The translations under genes were made by a program, and so were the position numbers. A stretch of 64,000 bases of DNA from Ructibacterium sp. Lineage in GTDB: Bacteria; Bacillota; Clostridia; Monoglobales; Monoglobaceae. Below, one piece after another: positions 1 to 7,571 of this stretch. Below the pieces are notes generated by a model. The model was given only the letters and a program-made list of their open reading frames with translations. It was not told the DNA's origin and did not search any database. Numbering within the stretch: position 1 is the stretch's first letter; the number at the start of each line of letters is the position of its first letter. The stretch is taken from assembly GCA_045603605.1 (NCBI GenBank), contig JAZUMJ010000150.1, positions 718 to 64,717 of the forward strand, read 5' to 3'.

Positions 1-1
1 A

Positions 2-205
2 ACACTTGAGGATTTATTATTTATCACTAATGAAGGTAATACAGTGAAATTGGTCAATTCTGATACTCAGGAGGAAATAATCACGTTCGAGGTTGGCGAT
101 TATGAGTTTACCGATACCGCTGATGAGGTAAACGATTATCTCGAAGCAACGGTAATGGATATAGTTGCTGGAAACAATATTTTAATTGTGGATATTGATA
201 TTTAA
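2..205 (+). CDS. Acidic hypothetical early protein, 5' end outside the window
   Basis: Open frame from position 2 (TLEDLLFITNEG...VDIDI) to TAA at 203-205. Confidence 0.65.
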   Translation, partial: TLEDLLFITNEGNTVKLVNSDTQEEIITFEVGDYEFTDTADEVNDYLEATVMDIVAGNNILIVDIDI

Positions 206-221
206 CGCTCCTTCGGGAGCG
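206..221 (+). other. cUUCGg tetraloop hairpin directly 5' of the twister ribozyme
   Basis: CGCTCC-TTCG-GGAGCG perfect 6-bp stem. Confidence 0.7.
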
Positions 222-273
222 CCTTAATGCAGCCAATGTCAGTGACAAGCCTGAGGAAATGCAGAGTCAAGGT
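221..273 (+). ncRNA. Twister ribozyme, type P1; predicted cleavage between U225 and A226
   Basis: GCCT-TAA-TGCA-GCC-AATG-TCAG-TGACAAGC-CTGA-GGAAA-TGCA-GA-GTCA-AGGT maps element by element onto the twister consensus: UAA, P2 TGCA/TGCA, P4 TCAG/CTGA, loop AAGC, pseudoknots GAC/GTC and GC/GC, P1 CCT/AGG. Confidence 0.9.
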
Positions 274-309
274 AAAAATTATTTATACATAAGAAAGGAT
301 GGTAACACT

Positions 310-609
310 ATGAACATGGAAAAACTCAACACAAAAAAGGAACTTCTTACAATTCTGGCAGAAAGAATCTATCCGGAACTGGAAAGGGCAGAGAAGGACG
401 CAGGATGCGACTATAAGAAAATTGGCGTGTCCAGTACTCAGAGAAAAAACTGGAAAACGGGCGAATTGATGTTTGATGAAAACGGCGATCCCATATATGA
501 GGAGATTTGGGATTACGTTGATAAGGACGAAGATGAGGTCACTGATAAGGATAAGGCAAAACTTGACGCAATCGAAATTATCCGTAATGCACTCGACCGT
601 CTCATCTGA
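310..609 (+). CDS. Hypothetical early protein flanked by two ribozymes
   Basis: ORF track 259..609; ATG 259 lies inside the twister, ATG 310 follows AAGGA. Confidence 0.8.
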   Translation: MNMEKLNTKKELLTILAERIYPELERAEKDAGCDYKKIGVSSTQRKNWKTGELMFDENGDPIYEEIWDYVDKDEDEVTDKDKAKLDAIEIIRNALDRLI

Positions 610-617
610 TACCAAAA

Positions 618-687
618 AGTCGTTGCGGCGACTATAAATAGTTGGTTAAGCCGCAAGCGTCCCGGCCCGGAAGGGCTGGGGATCCAA
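618..687 (+). ncRNA. Pistol ribozyme; predicted cleavage between A682 and U683
   Basis: P1 AGTCG/CGACT with loop TTGCGG pairing to CCGCAA (pseudoknot); conserved TAAATAG and TTAAG...GCG; P2 TTGG/CCAA; P3 TCCCGGCCC-GGAA-GGGCTGGGG; AU at the usually GU scissile site. Confidence 0.88.
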
Positions 688-695
688 AAAATAAA

Positions 696-776
696 TGACA
701 AACCTAAGCCGAAGTAGTAATTGGTCAGATGGTTGTATCAATCGGATGGTCAATGAAAAGTAGCAAGGAAGCGTCA
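696..776 (+). ncRNA. Candidate structured RNA: long irregular hairpin with purine-rich GAA/AGUA internal loop
   Basis: Nested pairings TGAC/GTCA, CCT/AGG, GC/GC, ATTGGTCA/TGGTCAAT (G.U pairs), TGGTTG/CAATCG; lies between the pistol and the next RBS. Confidence 0.45.
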
Positions 777-793
777 GGAAAGGAGAAATTTAT

Positions 794-1090
794 ATGGTAG
801 TAGCAAAATTCAGTTGCGGAGATATTGCAGAATGGAATAATACCAGATTAACTCGCAGAGTATTCAAATCTATCCAAGAAAGTCTAATTTATGACGCAAT
901 GACCTCAGATGAACATGATGCACTTGCGGAAGTTGAAGTTTATTCCGACTTTAATTCACCGCACTCCAGATACATCATTACTATTGACACTTGGCAAGAA
1001 TTCTCAGGAATATGCGGCGAATTAAACGTATTTAAGGATTCACTTAACAATCCGCCAATTTATACACGAGATATGATATTAGCGGAATGA
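794..1090 (+). CDS. Hypothetical early protein
   Basis: ORF with GAAAGGAG RBS. Confidence 0.75.
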   Translation: MVVAKFSCGDIAEWNNTRLTRRVFKSIQESLIYDAMTSDEHDALAEVEVYSDFNSPHSRYIITIDTWQEFSGICGELNVFKDSLNNPPIYTRDMILAE

Positions 1091-1103
1091 AAGGAGAGAA
1101 AAT

Positions 1104-1286
1104 ATGGGACTGAAAAAATGGGCAGAAAAAAACGGACTTCTGGACGTTTATAATATGTATCATCAAGAGGTTGAGGATCTCCGTGAATATTACGGAGACC
1201 GTACTGATGACCTGGAGTTAGCAATAAGTCAAATTCAGGAGCACTATCCCGAATTATTCGGACCGGATGATGATGAGGAGGATTAA
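1104..1286 (+). CDS. Acidic hypothetical early protein
   Basis: ORF with AAAGGAG RBS. Confidence 0.75.
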   Translation: MGLKKWAEKNGLLDVYNMYHQEVEDLREYYGDRTDDLELAISQIQEHYPELFGPDDDEED

Positions 1287-1287
1287 T

Positions 1288-1473
1288 ATGATTACTGTAT
1301 ATGGCACGATTGAAATTCTGGACGATAATTTCAAACGAATCCATAAATTCGAGGCGCAAACTAAAATAGCAGGTGGCGATCCATATGAAGCGATGGATAA
1401 AGCCATTGAAATATGGAGAAATATGTTCTCCCAATTTAAATACGTGGACATTGATGATATATATGCACATTAA
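1288..1473 (+). CDS. Hypothetical early protein
   Basis: ORF track 1267..1473; GAGGAGG RBS precedes ATG 1288. Confidence 0.7.
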   Translation: MITVYGTIEILDDNFKRIHKFEAQTKIAGGDPYEAMDKAIEIWRNMFSQFKYVDIDDIYAH

Positions 1474-1486
1474 GGAGGAAAAATCT

Positions 1487-1696
1487 ATGTATACCACAAT
1501 CAATTTCAAATCTAAGAAAGCATTAAAAGAAGCTGTCGCCGCGGGTAATAAAATAACTGTTTATCAACCCGGCCCATTCGGCGGAAATGAGCCAACGGAC
1601 GGAACAGTATATCTGGAAGGTCCGCACTTTCCAGAGCCGCATAGATGGTATGCTGAGGCAGTTTTAAAAGATGGGTGCGTAATCAAAGTAAGGTAG
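1487..1696 (+). CDS. Small phage protein (NFKSKKALKEAV...YQPGPFG...LEGPH.PEPHRWYA)
   Basis: AAGGAGG RBS before ATG 1487; resembles small unknown-function phage proteins. Confidence 0.8.
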   Translation: MYTTINFKSKKALKEAVAAGNKITVYQPGPFGGNEPTDGTVYLEGPHFPEPHRWYAEAVLKDGCVIKVR

Positions 1697-1706
1697 TAAA
1701 TCCTAC

Positions 1707-1752
1707 GACCTGTGCGGAGAACGATATCCGGGATCGACACCCGGCACAGGTC
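1707..1752 (+). other. tRNA-minihelix-like stem-loop (acceptor-like stem plus T-arm-like hairpin) followed by TTTT
   Basis: GACCTGTG/CACAGGTC 8-bp stem enclosing CCGGG-ATCGACA-CCCGG. Confidence 0.55.
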
Positions 1753-1912
1753 TTTTAAAATAAAATAGAAAGGAGAAAATAATATGGTAGTTACTATTCA
1801 ATCCAGTTTAAGTGGATGGCACAATATCAATAAGGAACAACTACAAAGATTAGGAAAGGAGAAAACTTATGGTCTATTTAAGCGGTAATGTATACAAGGG
1901 GAGGAAAATACA

Positions 1913-2278
1913 ATGACACTTAACGAGGCAATCGGAATCAAATCAGGAGAAAAAATCACTCATCGAGAGAAATACCACAGGATTATCGAATTTCTCGGCG
2001 GATTAAATGCAATTATACCATATATCCCGTTCACTAAGGAGGAAATTGCTAAGGCAATCGAAAAGGATCCGCATCTGAATAATTTGTCCATGAAAAAATG
2101 GGATAATGCCTCTGGATTTAATGTATACCGGAATAAATACGGAGAAGAGGTTGTAACACCACACTATCACGGACTATGGAATCTCTATAGAAAACACGGA
2201 ATAACCAGTGCGAGTAATTCCACTGGCGTATGTATCTTAAAGGAAGCCGCAACAGAATGGATAGAGGAGGAAAAGTAA
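1913..2278 (+). CDS. Hypothetical early protein
   Basis: ORF with GGGGAGG RBS. Confidence 0.8.
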   Translation: MTLNEAIGIKSGEKITHREKYHRIIEFLGGLNAIIPYIPFTKEEIAKAIEKDPHLNNLSMKKWDNASGFNVYRNKYGEEVVTPHYHGLWNLYRKHGITSASNSTGVCILKEAATEWIEEEK

Positions 2279-2512
2279 ATGGCAAATAAATATCGTAATG
2301 TCTTTGGAGAAATCGAATATACCTTGGGGAACTTCTTTGTTCCCCATCGTGTAGGTTGTGATGGCAGATACGCCATTTTAAAACGTGAGGCTTGGTCAGT
2401 AACAGATGCTTACCAGATATTCGATAACATAATTATGGAACAGATGATGCCGTTTGATAGTTTCATTCAAGCGGTCAGGTTCTTAAAAGAAAACGTGGAA
2501 AATTTAATTTGA
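2279..2512 (+). CDS. Hypothetical early protein
   Basis: ORF abutting the previous stop, GAGGAGG RBS. Confidence 0.75.
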   Translation: MANKYRNVFGEIEYTLGNFFVPHRVGCDGRYAILKREAWSVTDAYQIFDNIIMEQMMPFDSFIQAVRFLKENVENLI

Positions 2513-2525
2513 AAGGAGAATAATT

Positions 2526-2909
2526 ATGAGTATCAACTGGTTATGGAGCGAAAAATGCGGAGAAGCTACTATCGAGTGGGACATTGATAACGAACCTAAG
2601 CAGAAACAGGTCAGTTTGTATGAAGGTAACTGTTTTATGATTTTTATCAATGAATGGAGAGAAGATGATGCGGATAAGTATTCTCTCTGGACATTCTGGG
2701 CAGATGAAACCCATATGAAACGCTGCCTCGGCCTTGATAAAAAATGGGACAGTTACGGTGATAACATGTACGAGAACGGAATGTCACGGATCGTAGGCAT
2801 TAGGATTAATAAGGCAAAATCTCGGAACTATAAAAAGATTGTATCTGCCGTGGCGCAGGCATTTGATAATATTAAGATTGAGGTATATACTGAAAAGGAG
2901 GAAAAGTAA
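2526..2909 (+). CDS. Hypothetical early protein
   Basis: ORF with GAAAGGAG RBS. Confidence 0.8.
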   Translation: MSINWLWSEKCGEATIEWDIDNEPKQKQVSLYEGNCFMIFINEWREDDADKYSLWTFWADETHMKRCLGLDKKWDSYGDNMYENGMSRIVGIRINKAKSRNYKKIVSAVAQAFDNIKIEVYTEKEEK

Positions 2910-2910
2910 T

Positions 2911-3132
2911 ATGGAAAGAAAATGTCCTATCTGCGGAAAAATCTATTCGGAATATCCTGCATTATCAAGGCGAGATAACAAAACCTATATCTGTCCAGAC
3001 TGTGGAACAGCGGAAGCTTTGAAAGATTACTTCACACCTACAAGATTATCACCATACGAACGAACAAAACGCCAGGTATATGCAACCGGCAATAAATGGG
3101 CAATCGAAAACTTCCATGCAACACATGATTAA
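2911..3132 (+). CDS. Zn-ribbon protein (CPICG...CPDCG)
   Basis: Two CxxC pairs; AAGGAGG RBS before ATG 2911. Confidence 0.8.
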   Translation: MERKCPICGKIYSEYPALSRRDNKTYICPDCGTAEALKDYFTPTRLSPYERTKRQVYATGNKWAIENFHATHD

Positions 3133-3142
3133 GGAGGGTATT

Positions 3143-3271
3143 ATGAGTTTTGCGGAATGGGTAAATAATTATTTCGGATGGCACGTTGACTTATGCGACC
3201 TGACCGAAGAAGATATTATTGATTTGGAAAAACTTTATATGGAGGAAAATAATGATGAAATAGAAACATAA
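3143..3271 (+). CDS. Small acidic hypothetical protein
   Basis: AAGGAGG RBS before ATG 3143. Confidence 0.6.
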   Translation: MSFAEWVNNYFGWHVDLCDLTEEDIIDLEKLYMEENNDEIET

Positions 3272-3292
3272 CAATAACCAATACCTAAACCT

Positions 3293-3319
3293 GGAGCACC
3301 TTATGGGTGCTCCTTTTTT
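3293..3319 (+). terminator. Intrinsic terminator closing the + strand early operon at the convergence point
   Basis: GGAGCACC-TTATG-GGTGCTCC-TTTTTT. Confidence 0.85.
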
Positions 3320-3468
3320 GATACAAATAACCGTTTACCTTTTTCTAACTGCATTTTCTTATAACACACATTTCCATAACCTCTAATTCGAGTATTCACA
3401 TTACGTAATTTTTTACCGCATCTTAAACAATGTGTATATAATTTTTCCATATCCGCACTATTTATCAT
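3301..3468 (-). CDS. Small DUF6011-type Zn-finger protein (below the ORF-track cutoff)
   Basis: MINSADMEKLYTHCLRCGKKLRNVNTRIRGYGNVCYKK...GKRLF; CxxCG-L...G.G.xC pattern. Confidence 0.7.
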   Translation of the reverse strand: MINSADMEKLYTHCLRCGKKLRNVNTRIRGYGNVCYKKMQLEKGKRLFVSKKEHP

Positions 3469-3505
3469 GTAATAATTCTCTCCTCATTAACTATGTAGTT
3501 TACGC

Positions 3506-4438
3506 TTATAAAATGTGGACTAACAAATACTGCATCACGAATTCTTCCTCAATCTTACCTCTTTTAATTCCGCTCTCAAGTTTATGGATCAAATTGAGTA
3601 TGTAGTTTAGCTCTCCAATTGAATACTTACCACAATGAGACTTCGCTTTTTGAATTTGCCAACCTGACAGTCCAGTTGCTTTGCCAATATTACTTCCGTC
3701 ATATGATTGAACCTGCAACGTAGCTTTCGCCTCACCATACAATACCGATAACATTACCATAGTAGCTTCACCTACCGCATATGATTGTTGTAACAAATCA
3801 AATGACCGATTAACCTTTCGATTCATTATAGAATCAACCAAATCAAATATCGCATCATAAGGAGCTTTGTAGATTACACCTTCTTCAATCAACCGTTCAA
3901 ACGAAAAGTCTGAATCTTCACCAGTTACACACATATAGGACTTAATTTTATCAATCTCTAACAGGATACGACCGTAATCATTTTCACAACATTCAATCAG
4001 ACGCTTTATATTGACTTCTGACAGCTTTATTTCTTTAAGTATATACTTCTTTAGCATACTTTCAGAAAGTCGCTCAAAAACGATTATATGCTCTCTGAAA
4101 CGATTATAAAATCTTGTTCTCTTGTCAACATTTGTAATAAGATGGATTAGTATATTTTCCGCAAGTAAATTTGACTCCAACTGATCCCAAAGTTTTTCAC
4201 TTTGCATCAATTCCTTATCATCTCTCACAACATAAATGAACGGCCGTTCAATAAAAGATTTGTTCCGTAAATTTTTATAAATATCAACAATGGAATCAAT
4301 TCGTTTAACTTCTTTTCCGGTAACTTTAGAAATCTGGGCTATGTAGATTTCCATAATTTTCCACTCATCTCCTGAGAAGAACAAATAATTTGATATGTTA
4401 CCAGATTGTATTTGTGCTTTTAATGCTTTAACGTCCAT
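3506..4438 (-). CDS. holA: DNA polymerase III delta-like clamp-loader subunit
   Basis: YLFFSGDE N-terminus, EIDKI motif, DAIFDLVDSI collar region; directly downstream of holB and dnaX. Confidence 0.8.
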   Translation of the reverse strand: MDVKALKAQIQSGNISNYLFFSGDEWKIMEIYIAQISKVTGKEVKRIDSIVDIYKNLRNKSFIERPFIYVVRDDKELMQSEKLWDQLESNLLAENILIHLITNVDKRTRFYNRFREHIIVFERLSESMLKKYILKEIKLSEVNIKRLIECCENDYGRILLEIDKIKSYMCVTGEDSDFSFERLIEEGVIYKAPYDAIFDLVDSIMNRKVNRSFDLLQQSYAVGEATMVMLSVLYGEAKATLQVQSYDGSNIGKATGLSGWQIQKAKSHCGKYSIGELNYILNLIHKLESGIKRGKIEEEFVMQYLLVHIL

Positions 4439-5255
4439 AACAAGCCTCCGAACATTTACGTATGGACAAAATCCAATCATCTAATAACATTCTTTTATTA
4501 ATTCCCCGGATCGAAAGCCGTTCAAGATGTTTTGAAGTAATAAGTATCCAATTTGCATTTAACACTGTATCAGAATATTCAACCATTCTCTGTCCACATA
4601 TTCGTATAAATGCTTTCCAAAACAGTCTTAAATCATAGCCCTCCTCAGTATCCTTTAATGCAACTTTGTCCGCAATTTTAAAACAATTCGCTGTTGATAC
4701 CTCATCAATATTGTCCACTACCAATTGCACATAATCATAAAATTGTAAAATTCCGACTTTAATTAAAATATTAACATCTCCCGGATTTTCACATAAATCG
4801 GTCACAATAGTATTTGCCTTGTCATTCTGCTGTAGCCTTTTATAATACAACAAAATTTCATTAGGTTTGTACGTCTGCATCTGAAATACTGTTGCCCGAC
4901 TTTTAATAGTTGGCAATACATTATTCACATCTTCTACCGTCATTATATAATAATTATCGTTAGGACATTCTTCAACGATTTTCAATAACGCATTTTGGGC
5001 GGTTATCGACATTGTATCTGCATCAGGAATTAAAAATATTTTATTTCTAACCTTATATGACATTTCAATCATGTGCCTAACTGAATCAACTTTGCTGTCC
5101 GATAATTTTATCAACTCAGCATCAGGATATTCTAATTCAGATACAAGTGTTTTCTTTCCACTTCCCTTCGGACCAGTCAACATGACAAAGTGCGGAAGTC
5201 TATCCCCTAACAACAATTGATTAAACTGGTTATATAAAATTCTCTGACCTATCAT
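4428..5255 (-). CDS. holB: DNA polymerase III delta-prime-like clamp-loader subunit
   Basis: MIGQ, GPKGSGKKT, AQNALLKIVEE, LPTIKSR motifs. Confidence 0.85.
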   Translation of the reverse strand: MIGQRILYNQFNQLLLGDRLPHFVMLTGPKGSGKKTLVSELEYPDAELIKLSDSKVDSVRHMIEMSYKVRNKIFLIPDADTMSITAQNALLKIVEECPNDNYYIMTVEDVNNVLPTIKSRATVFQMQTYKPNEILLYYKRLQQNDKANTIVTDLCENPGDVNILIKVGILQFYDYVQLVVDNIDEVSTANCFKIADKVALKDTEEGYDLRLFWKAFIRICGQRMVEYSDTVLNANWILITSKHLERLSIRGINKRMLLDDWILSIRKCSEACYGR

Positions 5256-6301
5256 ACTTTCTTTTCCTTTATTTGATTTTCTATCTCTAATAGGATTTGT
5301 GCCTCAATATCGTACTTTGTAGTTTGTGACCACTTAATATCAGCATTTAAGTTGACGAATACCGACAACCACAATTCTACTGCATTAAAAACGGAATCAT
5401 CACAATCTTTAAGCCAATCTTCATACAGTTTTAATCTTGGCAACTGTAAATACGTCCAATCACAACCTATTCCGTATTTCGTTATATCAAGTAAAAACTG
5501 AACATACTGACGGACAAACTGTTTTAAATCTTTGCCATCGTCATACATCTCCTCAATAATCTGTATGACTGCATCTGCCTTACAATATAAAAGTCTGTCT
5601 GTAAGTTTAAACATGGTATCGTAATCTGTGGTACCTAATGCTTTTACTACATTCTCCAATGTTAAATCTTTTGAATATGCTAAACACTTGTCCATCAATG
5701 TAATGGCATCTCTCATGCCACCATCAGCTATCTTTGCGATATATTCCATAGCATCAATATCATGGGCATCATCTTCGGCACGTTCATTCTCCAGAATTAT
5801 ATCAAGTCTATCAACAATACCTTTTTGACTTATTCGCTGAAAATCATACCTCTGTACCCTCGAAAGAATTGTCTTTGGTATTTTCTGTGGGTCTGTAGTG
5901 CAAAAGATAAAGATTGACTTTGTCGGTGGCTCCTCAATAATCTTTAACATAGCTTGCCATGCACTATTTGAAAGTGCATGACATTCGTCAATAATAAAAA
6001 TCTTATATTCACTATTAAGGGATTTGGTTTTAGATTGCTGTATAATATTCCTAACATCATCAACACTATTATTAGATGCGGCATCTAATTCAATCGGATT
6101 GCCCTGTCCGTTATTTATTTCACTGGCAAATATTCTTGCGCATGTTGTTTTACCGCATCCGGCAGGTCCTGTAAAAAGATAAGCATGTTTAACCTCATCT
6201 GAATCTAACTGCTGTTGCAGGATAATTTTTATACTTTCCTGACCGACAACATCATTAAACGTATTAGGACGATATTTTATTGCTAATGATTTTTCAGCCA
6301 T
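5252..6301 (-). CDS. dnaX: Clamp-loader ATPase, gamma-like (short DnaX without tau extension)
   Basis: KYRP..F.DVVGQ, GPAGCGKTT, ELDAAS, IIDECH, TILSR, GGMRDA. Confidence 0.95.
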   Translation of the reverse strand: MAEKSLAIKYRPNTFNDVVGQESIKIILQQQLDSDEVKHAYLFTGPAGCGKTTCARIFASEINNGQGNPIELDAASNNSVDDVRNIIQQSKTKSLNSEYKIFIIDECHALSNSAWQAMLKIIEEPPTKSIFIFCTTDPQKIPKTILSRVQRYDFQRISQKGIVDRLDIILENERAEDDAHDIDAMEYIAKIADGGMRDAITLMDKCLAYSKDLTLENVVKALGTTDYDTMFKLTDRLLYCKADAVIQIIEEMYDDGKDLKQFVRQYVQFLLDITKYGIGCDWTYLQLPRLKLYEDWLKDCDDSVFNAVELWLSVFVNLNADIKWSQTTKYDIEAQILLEIENQIKEKKV

Positions 6302-6524
6302 TTTTAGGTTCTCCCTTTAACACATATTTTGCATATCGACACGATTCACCAAATCTTGTTTTTCCATCCATCATAAGTGTAACAATATCATATCCCATCT
6401 GTCTAAGTTCCATTATACGGGCAGACAATCTTGTTATCCCAAACTCCTCAAATGCTTCTTTACTTGTAATACCGCTATTCTTTCGCATATAATCTACCAA
6501 TGCAACTTTACTTCCTCTCATCAC
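6294..6524 (-). CDS. Small winged-HTH DNA-binding protein
   Basis: ITSKEAFEEFGITRLSARIMELRQMGYDI pattern. Confidence 0.75.
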   Translation of the reverse strand: MMRGSKVALVDYMRKNSGITSKEAFEEFGITRLSARIMELRQMGYDIVTLMMDGKTRFGESCRYAKYVLKGEPKNG

Positions 6525-6844
6525 TCTTCCTCCTTTTCTGCTAACTCAAAGAATCTAACCCCTTTATAGTAAAAATATATTTCATCATAATTAGAGTTAC
6601 ACTGTTCATTACCGCTCCAATCAATACGTGATATAGTATGTCCGGTAAGTTCAGCAAGTAAAGCAACATTACTTGTATGCACTAACGGAAACTCATCATA
6701 ATTACCTGTAATTCCAAGTCTATAAATACCAACATTCTTTAAATCAACAAATTTCTTTTGGGCAAGTTTAAATGCTTTTACATGGATGTTAAGAAAACTC
6801 CACGCATCTTTAATCAACTGTTCCTGCTCTGTTAAAGTTTTCAT
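6521..6844 (-). CDS. Hypothetical protein
   Basis: ORF with AAAGGAG RBS. Confidence 0.75.
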   Translation of the reverse strand: MKTLTEQEQLIKDAWSFLNIHVKAFKLAQKKFVDLKNVGIYRLGITGNYDEFPLVHTSNVALLAELTGHTISRIDWSGNEQCNSNYDEIYFYYKGVRFFELAEKEEE

Positions 6845-6950
6845 ATTTTATCTCCTTTAAATATTTAATAATAAAAATGAATCTCCCCCTGGCTTTGTAG
6901 TTTATACTGACATAATAGTGTCCTCCTTTAATGATTTTATACACACTAAT

Positions 6951-6980
6951 ATTGTAATACATGTTTTAAATCCGTGTCAA
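6951..6980 (-). promoter_or_regulatory. sigmaA-type promoter for the clamp-loader operon
   Basis: TTGACA-N18-TACAAT. Confidence 0.7.
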
Positions 6981-6983
6981 TAC

Positions 6984-7343
6984 TCAAAATAATTTTCTCT
7001 TACTCACCTTAATCTGAGATTTATTATTTCCCTTACTTGCACTATATCCTAACACTCGCCGTGCTTTATCAATGACCCACGATTCAGTAATCGGTAAAAA
7101 TGCTCCAGAACTTGCATCCCAATCTTTAAACTCAGAAGATAACCATACCTTATCCGCAATGTCAGGATACTTCTTTTGTAATTGAACCAGCTCCTTTGCC
7201 CAAGTATCCCAAACTAAATCTGAAATTACATTAGCGTTTAAATGGTAATAAATACAAGAATGGATCAATAACTGCAATCGTCTTTGCTGGATTTTTTCTG
7301 CAATCTTTAATTCTTCGCCTTTAAATAATTCATATGTTTTCAT
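6984..7343 (-). CDS. Stand-alone N-terminal (domain Ia-like) protein related to NAD-dependent DNA ligase
   Basis: IYY...ISD..WD...KEL..LQKKYP resembles LigA domain Ia; no KxDG catalytic domain. Confidence 0.7.
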   Translation of the reverse strand: MKTYELFKGEELKIAEKIQQRRLQLLIHSCIYYHLNANVISDLVWDTWAKELVQLQKKYPDIADKVWLSSEFKDWDASSGAFLPITESWVIDKARRVLGYSASKGNNKSQIKVSKRKLF

Positions 7344-7344
7344 A

Positions 7345-7416
7345 CAGCCCCTGTTGGACTCGAACCAACGAATACAGCAGTCAAAGTGCTGTGCCTTACC
7401 GCTTGGCGAAGGGGCT
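7345..7416 (-). tRNA. tRNA-Gln (TTG)
   Basis: AGCCCCT/AGGGGCT acceptor, GCC-AAGCGGTAA-GGC D arm, CAGCA-CTTTGAC-TGCTG anticodon arm, GTTGG-TTCGAGT-CCAAC T arm, G73; CCA not encoded. Confidence 0.95.
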
Positions 7417-7438
7417 AAGCACTCTCAAACTACTTCAC

Positions 7439-7548
7439 GCATTTTAAGACGTTCTAAGCGATTTTATGTGAATAGTGTACATATTATCGAATTTTAATAT
7501 AAAATCTGTTAGAAGTCAAATTGAAGCGTCTGAGAGCATTTTACAATT
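7439..7548. repeat. About 110-bp element with ~10-bp periodicity, copy 1
   Basis: 7501-7543 matches 32154-32196 exactly (43 bp, inverted); degenerate copy at 61145-61250. Confidence 0.75.
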
Positions 7549-7571
7549 ATAATACACACGTACTGTTCAAT

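Noticed and set aside
118-135. CTGATGA cores at about 120 and 1204 as hammerhead ribozymes
   Set aside because: Inside coding sequence, with no matching GAAA core and flanking stems
259-309. ORF-track N-terminal extension starting at 259
   Set aside because: The ATG lies within the twister P2 strand and has no RBS; 310 is the better start
1784-1918. Two tiny ORFs behind strong GAAAGGAG RBSs
   Set aside because: Too short to support; probably deletion remnants between repeated RBS junctions
7345-7416. tRNA 3' end as attP or prophage boundary
   Set aside because: No integrase and no duplicated tRNA fragment; phage genes continue on both sides
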